A program made the position numbers and the translations under genes. Source: Eledone cirrhosa (taxonomy: Eukaryota). Taken from it: DNA of 64,000 bases. Of the stretch, positions 13,475-28,860 are shown in pieces. The DNA lies in the NCBI GenBank assembly GCA_964016885.1, contig OZ024741.1, positions 285,696,001-285,760,000 of the forward strand, in the 5' to 3' direction. A model generated the notes under the pieces. That model saw only the letters and a list, made by a program, of their open reading frames with translations. It had not been told where the DNA came from and did not search any database. Within the stretch, counting starts at the first letter, position 1. Every line of letters starts with the position of its first letter.

Positions 13475-14526
13475 TGATCAAATCACTTCCCCGGAGTATT
13501 TCTCTCAGAATCTCTCGCCTATCGTCTAACTCTGATATTTTTAGTGAACACGCTGAATACTACAATAATGCTTTAAGGAATGCCAACCACCGGGATACAA
13601 TGGAATACATTGATAGGAATTTCCATAACACACATAGCTCTACAAGAAATCAAGGAATACGTAACCGGGGGACTAAAATACAAGCGCATACACACAGTAC
13701 TACCAGACATACTAATAATAGAAAATCACCACCAAATAAATCACGTTGTAGAAAGTATATCTGGTACAATCCTATTTTTAATGCCTCGATTAGTACAGAA
13801 CTATCTCTTTCATTCTTTAAGTTAATCAACAAACATTTCCCTAGTTCCCATAAATACAGCAAAATTCTGAACTCTAAAACTATTAGACTATCATACTCCA
13901 CGGCACCAAACCTTGAAGCATACATAAAAAAACTTAACTTAAGGCAATTAAACAACTCTACAAAACAAAACATTTTAGTAACAGACGGGCAAAACGCAAT
14001 ATCTGCGCCCCAACCACTAAATGGGAGACGGGTATTGCGCAATCCACCTGTACCGCTATCACAACCTATCCATGGTATACCCGCTACCCACAACAAAGAA
14101 TGTAACTGCCATCTACCTGAAAGATGTCCATTGAAGAATGAATGCCTAAAGTCCAACATTGTTTACCAATGCACGGTTGAATCGAACGACCAGAAATGGT
14201 ATTATATCGGATCTACCACCAGCTCGTTTAAATCCCGCTGGTACCGTCATCGATTCTCAATCAAACATCCTAATCACCGTTTTGTGACCACGCTCGCCAA
14301 CAAGACCTGGCAACTCCGTGAACACAACCAACAGTTCACCTTAAAATGGGATATACTTTCCAGCGCAAGTGCATATCGGAGTGGATTGAAGTACTACAGG
14401 TTATGTAACCTTGAGCTCTTTTACATATTAAAATCCCAAAACAAACTACTTAACGATAGAATTGAACGATCATTATACTGCAACCACAAACTAAAAGCTA
14501 AATTCTCTCACTATAAAATAACTTAA
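13475..14526 (+). pseudogene. C-terminal PLE RT thumb + GIY-YIG endonuclease
   Basis: RISRLSSN, IWYNPIF, LSYSTAPN, CNC..CPL..C, IVY..YIGST, YCNH; the ORF-track start at 13393 lies in the inverted pLTR and is artefactual. Confidence 0.88.
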
Positions 14527-15038
14527 CATTCGAACCTGTAACTTTAACACCGCTTTCTAGCTAACCACCTTCTCTCCCCCCCCCCCACACTACAAGACAA
14601 TACACTGCTTATCACTATAAATGGTAACTCAGTGCAATTCCTAGATTACTACTACAAACCCAAAGTTCACTCACCACATAAACTTCGTCTGTCCCCTCTC
14701 TACCTCTCTCTCTACATCAATTACACTCTCTCTCTACATCAATTACACTCTCTCTCTCTCTCTCGCCTTTGGCCTACCTCCCTCTCCACATCTATGAACC
14801 AGCCCTCTGGGGCAATAAATAATTCCGACCTTAACTATCAACGCATCTCTCCAAAAGTAATCAGTATAATAAAACCCCTACCATAACATTTTGATTAAGA
14901 TATCTACAAACCACTCTCTCCTACTTCTCCAACCCCTGCATATCTTTCTCTCTCTCTCCCCTACTTTTCTCTCTTCCTTTTCTACTCTATCTTCCCCAAC
15001 AACCCCACTTAAGGGTATTTACATTGTACATTTTAACA

Positions 15039-15160
15039 TTCTGCTCTGAGGATACAGTGGTCACAGCATTGGATATTTGAGTTCTGCAAATACTTGTAAA
15101 TTTGCACATAGCATAACTAGGCTGCAGTACCACCGTGGAAACATTTGTAAGCACACGGAA
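15039..15160 (+). ncRNA. Hammerhead with long stem II insert (PLE4 pLTR)
   Basis: TGCT-CTGAGGA-TACAGTGGT..ACCACCGTG-GAAA-CATTTG-TA-AGCA. Confidence 0.78.
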
Positions 15161-15348
15161 TAAATTACCTTTTTATGATGTCTACCTGTTATTATTCATT
15201 CTTTATATGCACTCCGGAATACAGAAGGATCAGGAACTAAGTTTCTTCAACAATTCTTCCATAACTCGTAGAGTAACCTCTTACCGTACGTCAACCATAT
15301 CCAGCGTAGTAATTAACCATTACTACATCTTGGATAATCCTATACCTA

Positions 15349-15380
<32 letters not shown>

Positions 15381-15868
15381 ATATATGTATATATGTGTGT
15401 GTGTGTGTATGTATATGTGTATGCGTATGTATGTGTTTATGTATTTATATATGTATATTTATGTGTGAGAGTGTGTGTATGTATTCATTTTTACGTATGT
15501 ATGTGTACGTGCATTTGTGTGTATTGGTTACCACGTGTGTTTGTTCATTTATTTGTTGCCTGTATCGCTGTCAACACTATAATAATCTTTATATTCATTT
15601 TTATTTTTTTTATTATTATATATTTTTTCTTATATTTATTTGTGTGTGTGAGTATGTAGGTATGTGTATATATTTCTATATTTGTGCATGCGTATGTATG
15701 CGTGTATATATGTGTGTATGTATGTGTATGTACGTACATGTGTATATACGTATGATTGTGTGTATGTATGTATGTATGTGTATTTATATATGTATGTATA
15801 TGTATGTATATATATATATGTATGTGTGTATATATATGTATGTGTGTGTATGTATGTATATATATGTT

Positions 15869-15910
<42 letters not shown>

Positions 15911-16213
15911 TGTATATGTGTGTGTGTGTTTGTGTATTTGTATGTATGTGTATCTATGAATATGTTGATATTTATGTGTGTATGTGTGTATGTATGTGTG
16001 TATGTGTGTATGTATGTATATATATACACACATGTATGTGTATGTGTGTGTATATGTGTGTGTGTATGTATATATATGTGTGTATGTATATAATTGTGTG
16101 TGTGTTTGCATGTGTGTTTTTATTTTTCCTTTCCTTCTTCCTTTTCCAGCCTCACTTTCATATAGATTATATTTTTGTTTTTAAAATCAACGCCAATAAA
16201 TACACCAGGATAT

Positions 16214-16274
16214 TTTCATTCTGATGATTGAAAGCAACATTTTTTTGCTTTTAAGAAACAACTGGTAAATGAAA
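16214..16274 (+). ncRNA. Hammerhead in 3' pLTR of PLE3
   Basis: CTGATGA 16221-16227, GAAA 16255-16258, GTA 16265-16267. Confidence 0.82.
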
Positions 16275-16299
16275 TAATTGCCTTATGTTGTTTATTACA

Positions 16300-16345
<46 letters not shown>

Positions 16346-16363
16346 TATATATATAATATATAA

Positions 16364-16407
<44 letters not shown>

Positions 16408-16425
16408 TATATATATAATATATAA

Positions 16426-16482
<57 letters not shown>

Positions 16483-16712
16483 AATAAATATATATAATAT
16501 ATATATATATAATATATATATATAATATATAAATATATATAATATATATATATATAATATATATATATAATATATAAATATATATAATATATATATATAT
16601 ATATATAATATATAAATTTATATAATATATATATATATATATATAATATACATATATATATATATATAATATATATATATAATATACATATATATATATA
16701 TATATAATATAT

Positions 16713-16744
<32 letters not shown>

Positions 16745-16820
16745 ATATATATATATATATATAATATATATATATAATATATATATATATATAATATACA
16801 TATATATATAATATACATAT

Positions 16821-16852
<32 letters not shown>

Positions 16853-16985
16853 ATATATATATATATATATAATATATATAAAATATATATATATATATAT
16901 AATATATATAAAATATATATATATATATAAAATATATATATATATATAAAATATATATATATATATATATATATAATATACATAT

Positions 16986-17017
<32 letters not shown>

Positions 17018-17040
17018 ATATATATATATATAATATATAT

Positions 17041-17235
17041 ACAATATTAAATAAATGGAAACTATATTTATAAAACCATATTTATTTCATTATATATATT
17101 TCGGGGATATCATATTAACAATATGCTATGCCTTCCTCAGACAAAATACAATATAAACAGTTTTATAGATAAATAGATTCGACATACCGTTATAACACCG
17201 ACTTCCATTTGAAGAGGTTTAAGCTGCCAGCTTAA
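17041..17235 (-). mobile_element. Solo pLTR fragment of PLE1 family with hammerhead (core 17134-17140)
   Basis: Reverse complement matches 40-180; CTGAGGA-AGGCAT..ATCCCC-GAAA-TATA-TA. Confidence 0.8.
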
Positions 17236-17278
17236 ATATATATAATATATATATATATAATATATATATATAATATAT

Positions 17279-17335
<57 letters not shown>

Positions 17336-17479
17336 ATATATATATATATATATAATATATATATATATATATAATATATATATATATATAATATATATAT
17401 ATATATAATATATATATAATATATATATATATATAATATATATATAATATATATATATATATAATATATATATATATAT

Positions 17480-17556
<77 letters not shown>

Positions 17557-17946
17557 ATATANNNNNNNNNNNNNNNNNNNNNNNNNNNNNNNNNNNNNNN
17601 NNNNNNNNNNNNNNNNNNNNNNNNNNNNNNNNNNNNNNNNNNNNNNNNNNNNNNNNNNNNNNNNNNNNNNNNNNNNNNNNNNNNNNNNNNNNNNNNNNNN
17701 NNNNNNNNNNNNNNNNNNNNNNNNNNNNNNNNNNNNNNNNNNNNNNNNNNNNNNNNNNNNNTAACTTTCCATATAATATATATATATATATATATAATAT
17801 ATATATATATATAAATATAATATACATATATATATATATATAATATACATATATATATAAATATAATATACATATATATATAAATATAATAACATATAAA
17901 TATAATATAATAACATATATATAATATAATATATATATATATATAA

Positions 17947-18009
<63 letters not shown>

Positions 18010-18162
18010 TAATATATATATATAATATATATATATATATATAATATATATATATATATAATATATATAATATATATATATATATAATATATATATATAT
18101 ATATAATATATATATATATATATAAAATATATATATATAATATATATATATATATAAAATAT

Positions 18163-18197
<35 letters not shown>

Positions 18198-18207
18198 AAT
18201 ATATATA

Positions 18208-18241
<34 letters not shown>

Positions 18242-18267
18242 ACATATATATATATAATATATATATA

Positions 18268-18337
<70 letters not shown>

Positions 18338-18414
18338 ATATATATATATAAAATATATATAATATATATAATATAATATATATAATAATATAATATATAT
18401 AATATATATATATA

Positions 18415-18480
<66 letters not shown>

Positions 18481-18706
18481 TATAATATATATAATATATA
18501 TAATATGTATAATATATATAATATATATATATATAATATATATATAATATATATATATATATAATATATATATATATATAATATATATATATATAATTAT
18601 ATATATAATATAATATATATATATATATATAATTAAATATAATATATATATATATATATAAATAATATATACATAATATATATATATATATTATATATAT
18701 ATATAT

Positions 18707-19237
18707 ATTTCGTTTCTGAATTTGTTTAGCAAGATTCTTTATCTGAAATCGTGTGTTGAAACCGATATTGTTATACTTTGGAGGGTCATGTTGCCAATAA
18801 GAAACACACGCACCAGTTGCTTTCACTTCAATTTAATTTAATATATATTTATAAATTTACAAATTTATAAATTTCTGGTTGGTTGGTTGGTTCCACAACC
18901 AGATAGTTGTTTATATATATATAGTCATAGTTCTTTCGTCACACACTCTGTGACCTCTTCAGTGACTGGGGATTTCTTTCTTCGTTTTTTTTTTACACAC
19001 ACACACACACACAGAAACGAAGAAAGAAATCCCCAGTCACTGAAGAGGTCACAGAGTGTGTGACGAAAGAACTATGACTATATATATATAAACAACTATC
19101 TGGTTGTGGAACCAACCAACCAACCAGAAATTTATAAATTTGTAAATTATAAATATATATTAAATTAAATTGAAGTGAAAGCAACTGGTGCGTGTGTTTC
19201 TTATTGGCAACATGACCCTCCCAAAGTATAACAATAT
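18707..19237. mobile_element. Fold-back pLTR element related to PLE5, hammerheads at 18923-18967 (-) and 19035-19079 (+)
   Basis: Arms 18765-18988 and 19015-19237; AGTCA-CTGAAGA-GGTCACA..TGTGAC-GAAA-GAAC-TA-TGACT; terminus shared with 54392. Confidence 0.88.
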
Positions 19238-19304
19238 ATATATATATTATATATATATATATATAATATATATATATATATAATATATATATATATAATA
19301 TATT

Positions 19305-19338
<34 letters not shown>

Positions 19339-19344
19339 ATATAT

Positions 19345-19391
<47 letters not shown>

Positions 19392-19727
19392 TATATATAA
19401 TATATTATATATATATTTATATAATATATATATATATATAATATATATATATATATATTATATATATATAAATAATATATATATATATAATATATATATA
19501 TAATATATATATATATAATATATATATATATAATATATATATACATAATATATATTATATAATATATATTATATTTATATATATATATATAATATATATA
19601 TATATAATATATATATATATAATATATATATATTATATACATATATATATATAATATATATAATATATATATATAACATATATATATATAATATATATAA
19701 TATATAATATATATATATATATAATAT

Positions 19728-19832
<105 letters not shown>

Positions 19833-19861
19833 ATATATATTATATATAATATATATATATA

Positions 19862-19931
<70 letters not shown>

Positions 19932-20014
19932 ATATATATATAATCATATATATATATATATATATATATAATAATATATATATATATACTATATATATAT
20001 ATATATAATATATA

Positions 20015-20070
<56 letters not shown>

Positions 20071-20121
20071 TATATATATATATAATATAATATATATATA
20101 TATATAATATATATATATATA

Positions 20122-20176
<55 letters not shown>

Positions 20177-20218
20177 TATATATAATATATATATATATAT
20201 AATATATCTATAATATAT

Positions 20219-20263
<45 letters not shown>

Positions 20264-20292
20264 TATATATATATAATATATATATAATATAT

Positions 20293-20611
<319 letters not shown>

Positions 20612-23600
20612 TATTGACTAATCCTTAGTAAAATTCCGCCTAGGCTTTTGATAAGATGTACAATAGAACATTAATTTCACAGTAACATTTTAAGTACAAA
20701 TATCTTTTTAGGCCGTAGGTTACATTACTAGAATTAATTGACAAGTTTAAGACAGAATAAAATTAAGTTTTAAATGTAAAAGGTTTGTTGGATACATACG
20801 AATAGTTTTTATATTCATAGATATTTAGGAAGAGGATATATAAAATTTCTGAATCTGTTGTCTCGGATGATGAAACAATAATTTCACAGTATATTTTGCT
20901 TGTAGCTATTCAGGAACAAATAATATTTTAGGCTATATTTTGGAGAAATCAATTAACAAGTTTATAGATACAATACTAATAAGATTTTAATTTTAAATCT
21001 AGAAGCCTGCATCCCATCCTCCCTACACACACTAGTAACATCGTATCCATATCCACTCTGCAAAGTCTAGGAGATCGCATCCCGAATGATCTTTTGCCAC
21101 TATATCATGATCCTCATCACACACATACATGGCATGTAATTTCTAGCATGGTAACTATTGCACGCAAACAATACGATATCGAACAATCCCCTATACTTAT
21201 TAAACTCTTCAATCTTAATCATCCTTCTATATATTTCTTACTCTACAATAATGTATTCTGACCTTTGACAATATATTACAGCGTGTTTCATTCTCTAGGA
21301 GCGCAAATCTTCGGACTTTGCCTCATGACTCCATTCTGTATAATTTCTAGGATATCCAAAGTGATGTGTTTAACCATTAGCAACAACCTTTCCAGCGCTT
21401 TCAGGCTCCTTCTTTTTGTTAATGACCACCTGGCCCGAATGCTTGCAGCGGATAGGACACAGCTAAAACACTCTGTGGTGGTATTTAACTGAGCGAAATA
21501 TAAAAACCACCACCCAAGTATGCCAACTATTGTAACTTATTGATATATTACTGAAGCCAAATATCTGAAATTCCCCTAAATTACATAAACAAATATGATT
21601 GTTTTATCCTATTAAAGAAAGGAAAGAAATGATATCTTTAGCAGCTTGTAAGATTGAATTCTATAAATGGGTGTCCCCTCAAGTTCTGAAGTTTGTTCCT
21701 TATATAACCACGGTGACTAAATATAAAATAACAAAGAAGTCGCAAAAATCAATATAAAATACATGCATCTATAGAAATGTACATACATACACATATTATC
21801 GCTGGCATAGGACCAACCAATCGTGCAGAATTCCACTACACCACACAATAATATATTCATTTTGTACAAATCTAAAACACGCAAAATTTGGAAATATATA
21901 TAAATGACTCGACATTTATATGTGAAAAAATGAATAGAGTGAAAATATAGAAAGCACAAAAAAATTTCTATATAGATTCTCAGGCATTGCATTTCTTAAC
22001 CTTTCCAGTAACCATGTTGTGACTTGCTTGATATATTTTTGTTCTATTTAAGGGTTTCTTTTTCCCTATTGAAATCCGATTGTCTTGAATCACTTCTAAT
22101 TAAACATACTTCTAAAATCAAAACTCAAAATGAACAGCCAAACTTCTCTTCTCACGTCGTTCAATACTTATGAAAAGAAATATAAAATGTAAGAGAGAAT
22201 ATACAGAAATAGAAAGTTTTAAAAGAATTTTATTCAAATGATTTTATAATGGAAATGTTACCCTTGAGGGCTGAAAAACAAAAATAGTAAATGTAATATT
22301 TTTCTATTTTATTCTAAAGATAATGATATTGGAAATTCAAAAATAATGTGTTTTAGTTAAAGACAATATAACACCGAAAGAAAGTTCAAATGCTGTAAAT
22401 ATTTCTCTGAAATGCAGTGAAAATATTTTGATGTAGGACGACGTACCAGCCTAATGCCAACTGGACTGTAACTGACATATAGATGACCGATGGTGGATTA
22501 GGAATTGCGTATTTACTCGAACATGTAACCTAATTGATTCATGCGCACTATCTCACACCTCATCAGCTTGTACATCTAACTATTTTAGATAGACTAATAT
22601 AATACCACCAACTAAAAATTGAATAATGTGTAGCAGTTGAAGTTAAGCTGTTGGAGCATAGTCTTATCTCCTTAGGCATAGAGTTAAACAATATCATTTA
22701 TATCCTCCCCCAATAAATAATTGATATTATACTTAACGGGTGAGAAGTATTATCGTAATGACTGATTCGGGGCACGAAAATAAGGGGAGACATTTCTGTC
22801 GTATGAAATAACTAAAATCGATTAGATATAAAATATAGTAGAAAGTGATCTTGATCATTGTTTAATTCGTAACAAAATTAGACGTTTCCGTCTCTGTAGG
22901 CCTTATAAGAGGGATATAGTCTACAGTAAGCCCAGACCTTAGGAAGATTAGAGGAGTGTAATAAATATGTTATGAGTGAATATAGAACAATAATTTTACG
23001 CATTTGTTCAATTGAATAGTACTAACAGACAATCCGGATTCCATAGTTAGTTTAAAATGCGATTTCTTACTAAAAGGCTTTACTATTTTCTACTTGTTAA
23101 TCGAACAGCTTCTCTATCCAGTCTTTCACTGATCGTGTTGTAAAAAGTGCAGTCTTGTCAGAATTCCATTCATCTAACGATGGGTGATGTATTATATTTA
23201 ACGAAGAAATTCAAACGTTTTTTCATATTACATCGAAAAGCCCGATTTCTAATAATAATAGATGATATAAAAAACATGCTGAAACTTATATTTCATCACC
23301 ATTAAGATGACACCACCCTTCATCAACTCCACATAATCATGACACATGTTCAATATTAAAAGTACAAAACAGATTACATTATCTGCGTCACACTATTAAC
23401 ATTCCTGGTTATTCCACTTATGCAATCCACATCAAAGTTATCTTCTTCTTCTTCGCCCAATTATTCCCGAGAGTGTCATGGGGGCAGAGTCCTCAAAGAC
23501 TCCTTCCAGCGTGTCCTGTCAGAAGGAACTGCAAGAGCAGCTAAGCTCTTGGAGGTGGAGGCTAGATGATACATCAAAGTCAGTTATGAAAATGTTTGGT

Positions 23601-26436
23601 TGCGATCGGTCGTACATGACAATGGCATAAGATAAATAAATAAAATGAAGATGAATTGTTTCTTATTAATTTCATTGCTAAAGGTTCCCTATTAAAGCCT
23701 TCTTGTTTTATCGTTCCTATAAATATCAAACACAGATCTAATAATTGATTGTGTCTGAGATAAGTTTTGCTGAAAATATTCTGGTCAATTATTGTTATAA
23801 TATTGGTTTAATAAATCGAACTCAGCGCATAATATTGATTTATAATACAGACACTGAAACTAAAATATTAGTGATGGCTACCGTCACTTTTGTCGACCAC
23901 AACATTTCACTTGGACTTTATTAATAATCATAATCAAATACAGAAAGGAATTGTGTGCGGCATTCTATCAAATTTGTTAATATTCTGCCCTGTGTTTTGT
24001 AGCAATAAACGCAATGTAAGCACGAACTAAGAGTTGTGGATTCGCAAAAATCGTAGAGAGTTCGATGAAAATACTATAGTGGTATCTGGCTCTGTAAATT
24101 CTGATTTCAAAACCGCCAATTTCAACGTTGTCTTTCAACCTCCCGTATTCGATAAAATCAAGTACCCGTCAAGTAACAACTATTTTAATAAAATGGAGTT
24201 CCCTTAGTTCACATTTTACCTAAAGGATGACTTGGCAATATACTTATCCACCAGATTGATCTGTTTATGTAGAGCAAATAATACAATCCAGATTCCCTAC
24301 TGCTTTGTCAAATAAATTAATAGGTTTCTCTATTTATCATCATATATGATTTAACGTAGTTACACGAATGGTCACCTCAATGATTGCAAAACATCAAAAT
24401 AATCTGGCGGGTACGTTTATAAGTAGCTACGTGTTGCCTTTATTAGAATGAAGTGTACAAAACGCTTCTCTAATCAGAACTAATTCGTAAATAAAAAAAT
24501 AACTGGGATTTATTTATAAAAAGAAACAGCAAATCCCCAATCGCATGAAAAACATTTGGTGGGTAAATGCATTGGAAAAGAAAATGATGCTTAGAATGAA
24601 ACCTCCAGCTGATGGTTTAATCAAACAAGGGAGAATCATAGCTTGGAGATATTAGTAAGCTTATTATCTTAACTGCAGTGTTCTTCTCATTTGTAGAATA
24701 GAACGAGAAAATTAGTTTATAATCTGGTGTCATCCCCAGAATGTGAATTCTTTAAATAAATCCCATTTCAATTACAGAGTTTTATCAAGTCAATGTGATT
24801 GCTTTTCACAACTAAATACTTAGGTCTTCAGCGAAGCGTCAATTCAATTAACAATCCTTATCATGACAATTTACTCGAAAATGCTCTCAGCTGAAACCTT
24901 TTTGTTTCATTCAAAACATTAATTGGAAAATTCAGCATAGCAATATACAGAAGTATAGAAGCCATGTCGTTGAGTTTTATTTTTATGGATCTTAAAATGT
25001 GATATAAAAGTAAAATGGAACCATTTGATTGAAATTGTGGGTTATCATTATCTAATTATAATCGGCACGGGTGCTTTAGGAACTATCTCAAGATATATGT
25101 ACAGAGACAAATAATAACACACACACACAACTTGAATCATTATATATAGTTAACTTTGAGGTTAACTTTGCCTTTCATCCTTACGGGGTCGATAAAATAA
25201 AGTACCAGTAATGCACTGGGTAATTGCGCCAAAAGTAGAAACAATTATATTAGAGTATCGTGTTAGATATAAAAGAAAGTGAAGGAGGATAAGAAAAGTT
25301 ATTACATAACTACATGCATAATTTGGTAGTATTGATATTTTTCACAATCCTTATCTAACGCTCTTTAAACAGATATCTGCCGATTTTTTCACGCCTTGTA
25401 AATCAACTACTTCCTTGTTGTGGTCTATAACATTCACCACCCCTATAATGATAACAAAAAGTATGTATGTATGTATGTATGTATGTATGTATGTATGTAT
25501 GTATGTATGTATGTATGTAGATATAAATCCAGGTGGAGTCATAGGGGTGCCTTAATTACATACGACGGGTGCTTGTCATTTTGAACATGGCAAAGCCCAC
25601 TCCTCTCCTGGTCTGTACACAAACCATTTTTTTCCATTGAAAGAGAGAGAGGGGGTGAGATAAAGGGGAGAAAGATGGTGAGCAAGAGGAAGAGAGAGAG
25701 AGAGGGGAAATATCGATCCCAGTTCTAGACTGGTACATTTTCATCGCCCTCAAACGAATGAAATCTAAAGTTGACCTCGACGGGATTTGAGTTCACAGAG
25801 CAAAGATCCGGAACGAATACCACAAAGTATTCTAACCGAAGTTCTAAAAACTCTGTCAATTCACCACCATTGTGTATGTGTAGGTGAGTGTATAATAGAA
25901 ATTAACGTTTGTCATTTTGAACTATCAAATTTCTAATGGTTTATCATAACTTTTCGAAATCTATCTCGTGAAGTGAATGTCCCACTCTCTTGAAACTACC
26001 TAAATGATTGTCACCCATGTAACTTCAATTACTATCGAACGTAGTACTAAAACTACCAACAGATATATATATGTGTGTAGTCAGCAGAGCGTTTGAATAC
26101 AAAGAATGCTATTTGTAGAAAATACGCAACACAAAGTTTTAAATTTAACGGGAATGCCATAGAAATTTACCTGACAATATACAATTTAGTTGATTACGAA
26201 TTTCATGAAACTAATGGAAATCAGATAAACCTTCTTCAAATCTACATCGGAAAGCTAATATAATATGGGAAAATTAAAGTTATCTCATGTTGTAAAAGGT
26301 AGAAGCCATCTTTGATGAAATTATTAACTGCCGACTGATTTACCTTAGGTGGTACCACTTTTATTTGATTGGAATTTCCTATTCAGATTCATGTATGCTC
26401 GCTTATATGCACACACACATTTATACATACATACAT

Positions 26437-26976
26437 AATGATGGCTGCCCGCTCGTTATCGAGTATGGCCATTCCACGATATACCATTATTAATAATTAT
26501 TAATTAATTCTATCGTGCAATGCCTGTGCGTGAAGATATTTTTTAAAGCGAGGAAAGACTATGCACTGAGCTAATCCCACTCTCTGAGCGACAGTAGCTA
26601 TAACCCGAAAAGAAGAAAAGATCAACATCATCGGTAACTACTGTGCCGCAGGTTTTATATCGGAGTTATCCCAGTTTCCTGAGTTGCCTTCTCCTAGATG
26701 ATTGCCCTGGCAAAGGCTAGGGGTCCTTCACTCCCAGTGGTTTAACCGCGCGGTAGATGTGTATATACATATTTACACACTTTCGGATGGCCGTTGACTC
26801 TTATGAGTTCTTCCGCCCTTTGTCGGGTCACTTTTGAGTGCTACTGGTATCATATAACCCAGTACAACCTGTCGCATGGTCGGGTCGTCGGTGACAAAAC
26901 CGGCAATCTTACCAAGTTTACTTGTGATATTGGAGGGTGATTTTGGACACCCTGCAGGACAAAAAACAAAACCTGA
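26437..26976 (-). mobile_element. Non-autonomous RTE-derived element with inverted 5' 150 bp
   Basis: 26826-26976 matches 44270-44418 in + orientation, while 26437-26825 matches the rest of that element in - orientation. Confidence 0.75.
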
Positions 26977-28269
26977 CATACATAAATACATACATACATT
27001 TGTGCACATAGATAAATTTAGTACAACAATATATACACAGGCATATATATATTTACACATCCATACACATACATATGTATATATATATATGTGTATATAT
27101 ATATATATGTGCATGTGTTGCTGTATTTATACGTATGTATATATGTTTGTATGTGTGTGTGCATTGGGGGGATTTCTTCTGTATTATGAAGACTCTAGTC
27201 TATAAATTACAGCAATAATATATTTACTGTGATATCGTTACACGAAGTCACACAGAGATAAGAATATTTTGTAAACTTACAATGAATTCATTGTGCTCTG
27301 TTTACAATCATATCTTATGATTATAAACGAAAACATGATTGTACACGAAATAAAGCAAACACAGATCATAATATTACATTCAAACCTACCTACCACGCCA
27401 GTCATAATTTATATAGAAACACGCCATTCAAAGCTATAAACCAGCCCTCCTCCCGTTACGACAATAATCAACCTGCTCCAGTTACTGGTACGTTGATGAA
27501 TGTCGTCAATCTAAACCCGTGGGATTACGTAGTTCCAATATGTTAAAAGGAAAACAAGAATTGAAGAATATAGTTAAAGATTATAGCATTGAAATATAAT
27601 ATTAAGCATTTTGGCATGGATAAATATTGGTCTTATGAGGAAATATGTAGGCGAGTGGCCAAAATGTTAAGGTCTTGGACTTAGGATAATAATGTCGAAG
27701 ATTAGATACCTGGACTAGGTTATGTGTTGTGCTCTTGAGCAAAAAAAGAACTAATTTCAGGCTGCTCCTCTATATTCAGCTGAAAATGATTACCGGCAGT
27801 AGTAGAGGGTCACTAAACACCACAGAAATAAGATACTCAACGGTCAGATGATCCTCCGGCTTTGAGACAGGCATTATGATGAATTAGTTTGAGTAAAATT
27901 AGGAAACGGTAATATTTATGGGATTTTTTGTGTGAATCGAAAAGAAAGAGACAGAACACTAAAAAAAGACGAACACTTTGGTGAGGTGAAAGTCAATTAA
28001 ATCGACCCTAGGGCCTTACTTCATTTTATCGATCCCCTCAAGTATGAAAGGCAAAGCTAACCTCGGCGGGATTTGAACTTAAAACGTAAAGACCTGTAAT
28101 CCTATGCTGTAAAGCCAATCCACCAACCTAAATCCACCACCCTAAATAATAATAATATTAATAATATGGCTGGGACTAAACAACAGCATGGACGCCTATA
28201 ACGAAGCTCCCGCAAGATATGATATAAATCGGACACCATCGAAGAAACAATAGTCTATATGGCTAGAAA

Positions 28270-28620
28270 ACGAAGAAGATTTTAAACCAACGAGCCCTGC
28301 CAAAAAATATATTTTCTTTATGCATTGTACCAATCATATAAAATCTGGAAATAGAAATAAACCGAATGTACTTAAGGAAAACTGAAACAATCCCTATAAT
28401 AATAGATGCACTGGGGATGATTCAAACACATTAACAGGTACATGACCTAAATCTCAGAACTTACAAATATATACACTATAGAGGAATTAGCACTGCTAGA
28501 TACTGCATACATATTACGAAGGGTACTATGAATATAATAGAAATAGCAACACCATATACAACACTACATATACACAAAGTATACTAAGCGGTGCTCAGTA
28601 TTGCAGGGACGACACGTAAT
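28270..28620 (+). mobile_element. Decayed 3' end of an RLE-type (R4/Dong-like) LINE
   Basis: Translates across frames to LEIEINRM..IPIIIDALGMI..ELALLDTAYILRRVL*. Confidence 0.6.
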
Positions 28621-28639
28621 ATAAATAAAACTAATAATA

Positions 28640-28860
28640 ATGGTTTCTGATGTACACACAAGACCAGCAATTTTTGGGGGGAGGGGAAAATCGATTAAAT
28701 CGGCCCTAGTGCATTACTGATACTTTATTTTATCGACCCCGTAAGGATGAAAGGCAAAGCTAACCTCGGTAGAATTTGAACGCAGAACGTAAAGGGCCGT
28801 AACTGTATGCTGCGAAGCATGGTATCCGACGCTCTACCGATACTGCCAATCCACCACCCC
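28640..28860 (-). mobile_element. tRNA-derived SINE family 2 (GCCTTTCATCCTTACGGGGTCGATAAAAT core) with TSD
   Basis: Flanked by AATAAAACTAATAATAA direct repeats; further copies near 24030, 25155, 25730, 27985, 29860 and 31210. Confidence 0.8.

Larger units (their letters stand above)
13296..15350 (+). mobile_element. 5'-truncated Penelope-like element 4 with inverted pLTR, nested in PLE3
   Basis: 13296-13430 is the reverse complement of about 15068-15205; partial RT-thumb/GIY-YIG ORF; (TA)n on both sides. Confidence 0.88.
9256..16305 (+). mobile_element. Penelope-like element 3 (Naiad-type) with pLTRs 9256-9405 and 16156-16305; 3' region expanded by microsatellites and nested insertions
   Basis: About 150-bp direct repeats, each with a hammerhead; ORF remnants 9588-11723. 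Confidence 0.85.

Noticed and set aside
318-14526. Selenocysteine (UGA) recoding, reported for some Naiad PLEs
   Set aside because: The conserved Cys positions checked in the four elements are ordinary codons; the interruptions seen are TAG/TAA or frameshifts
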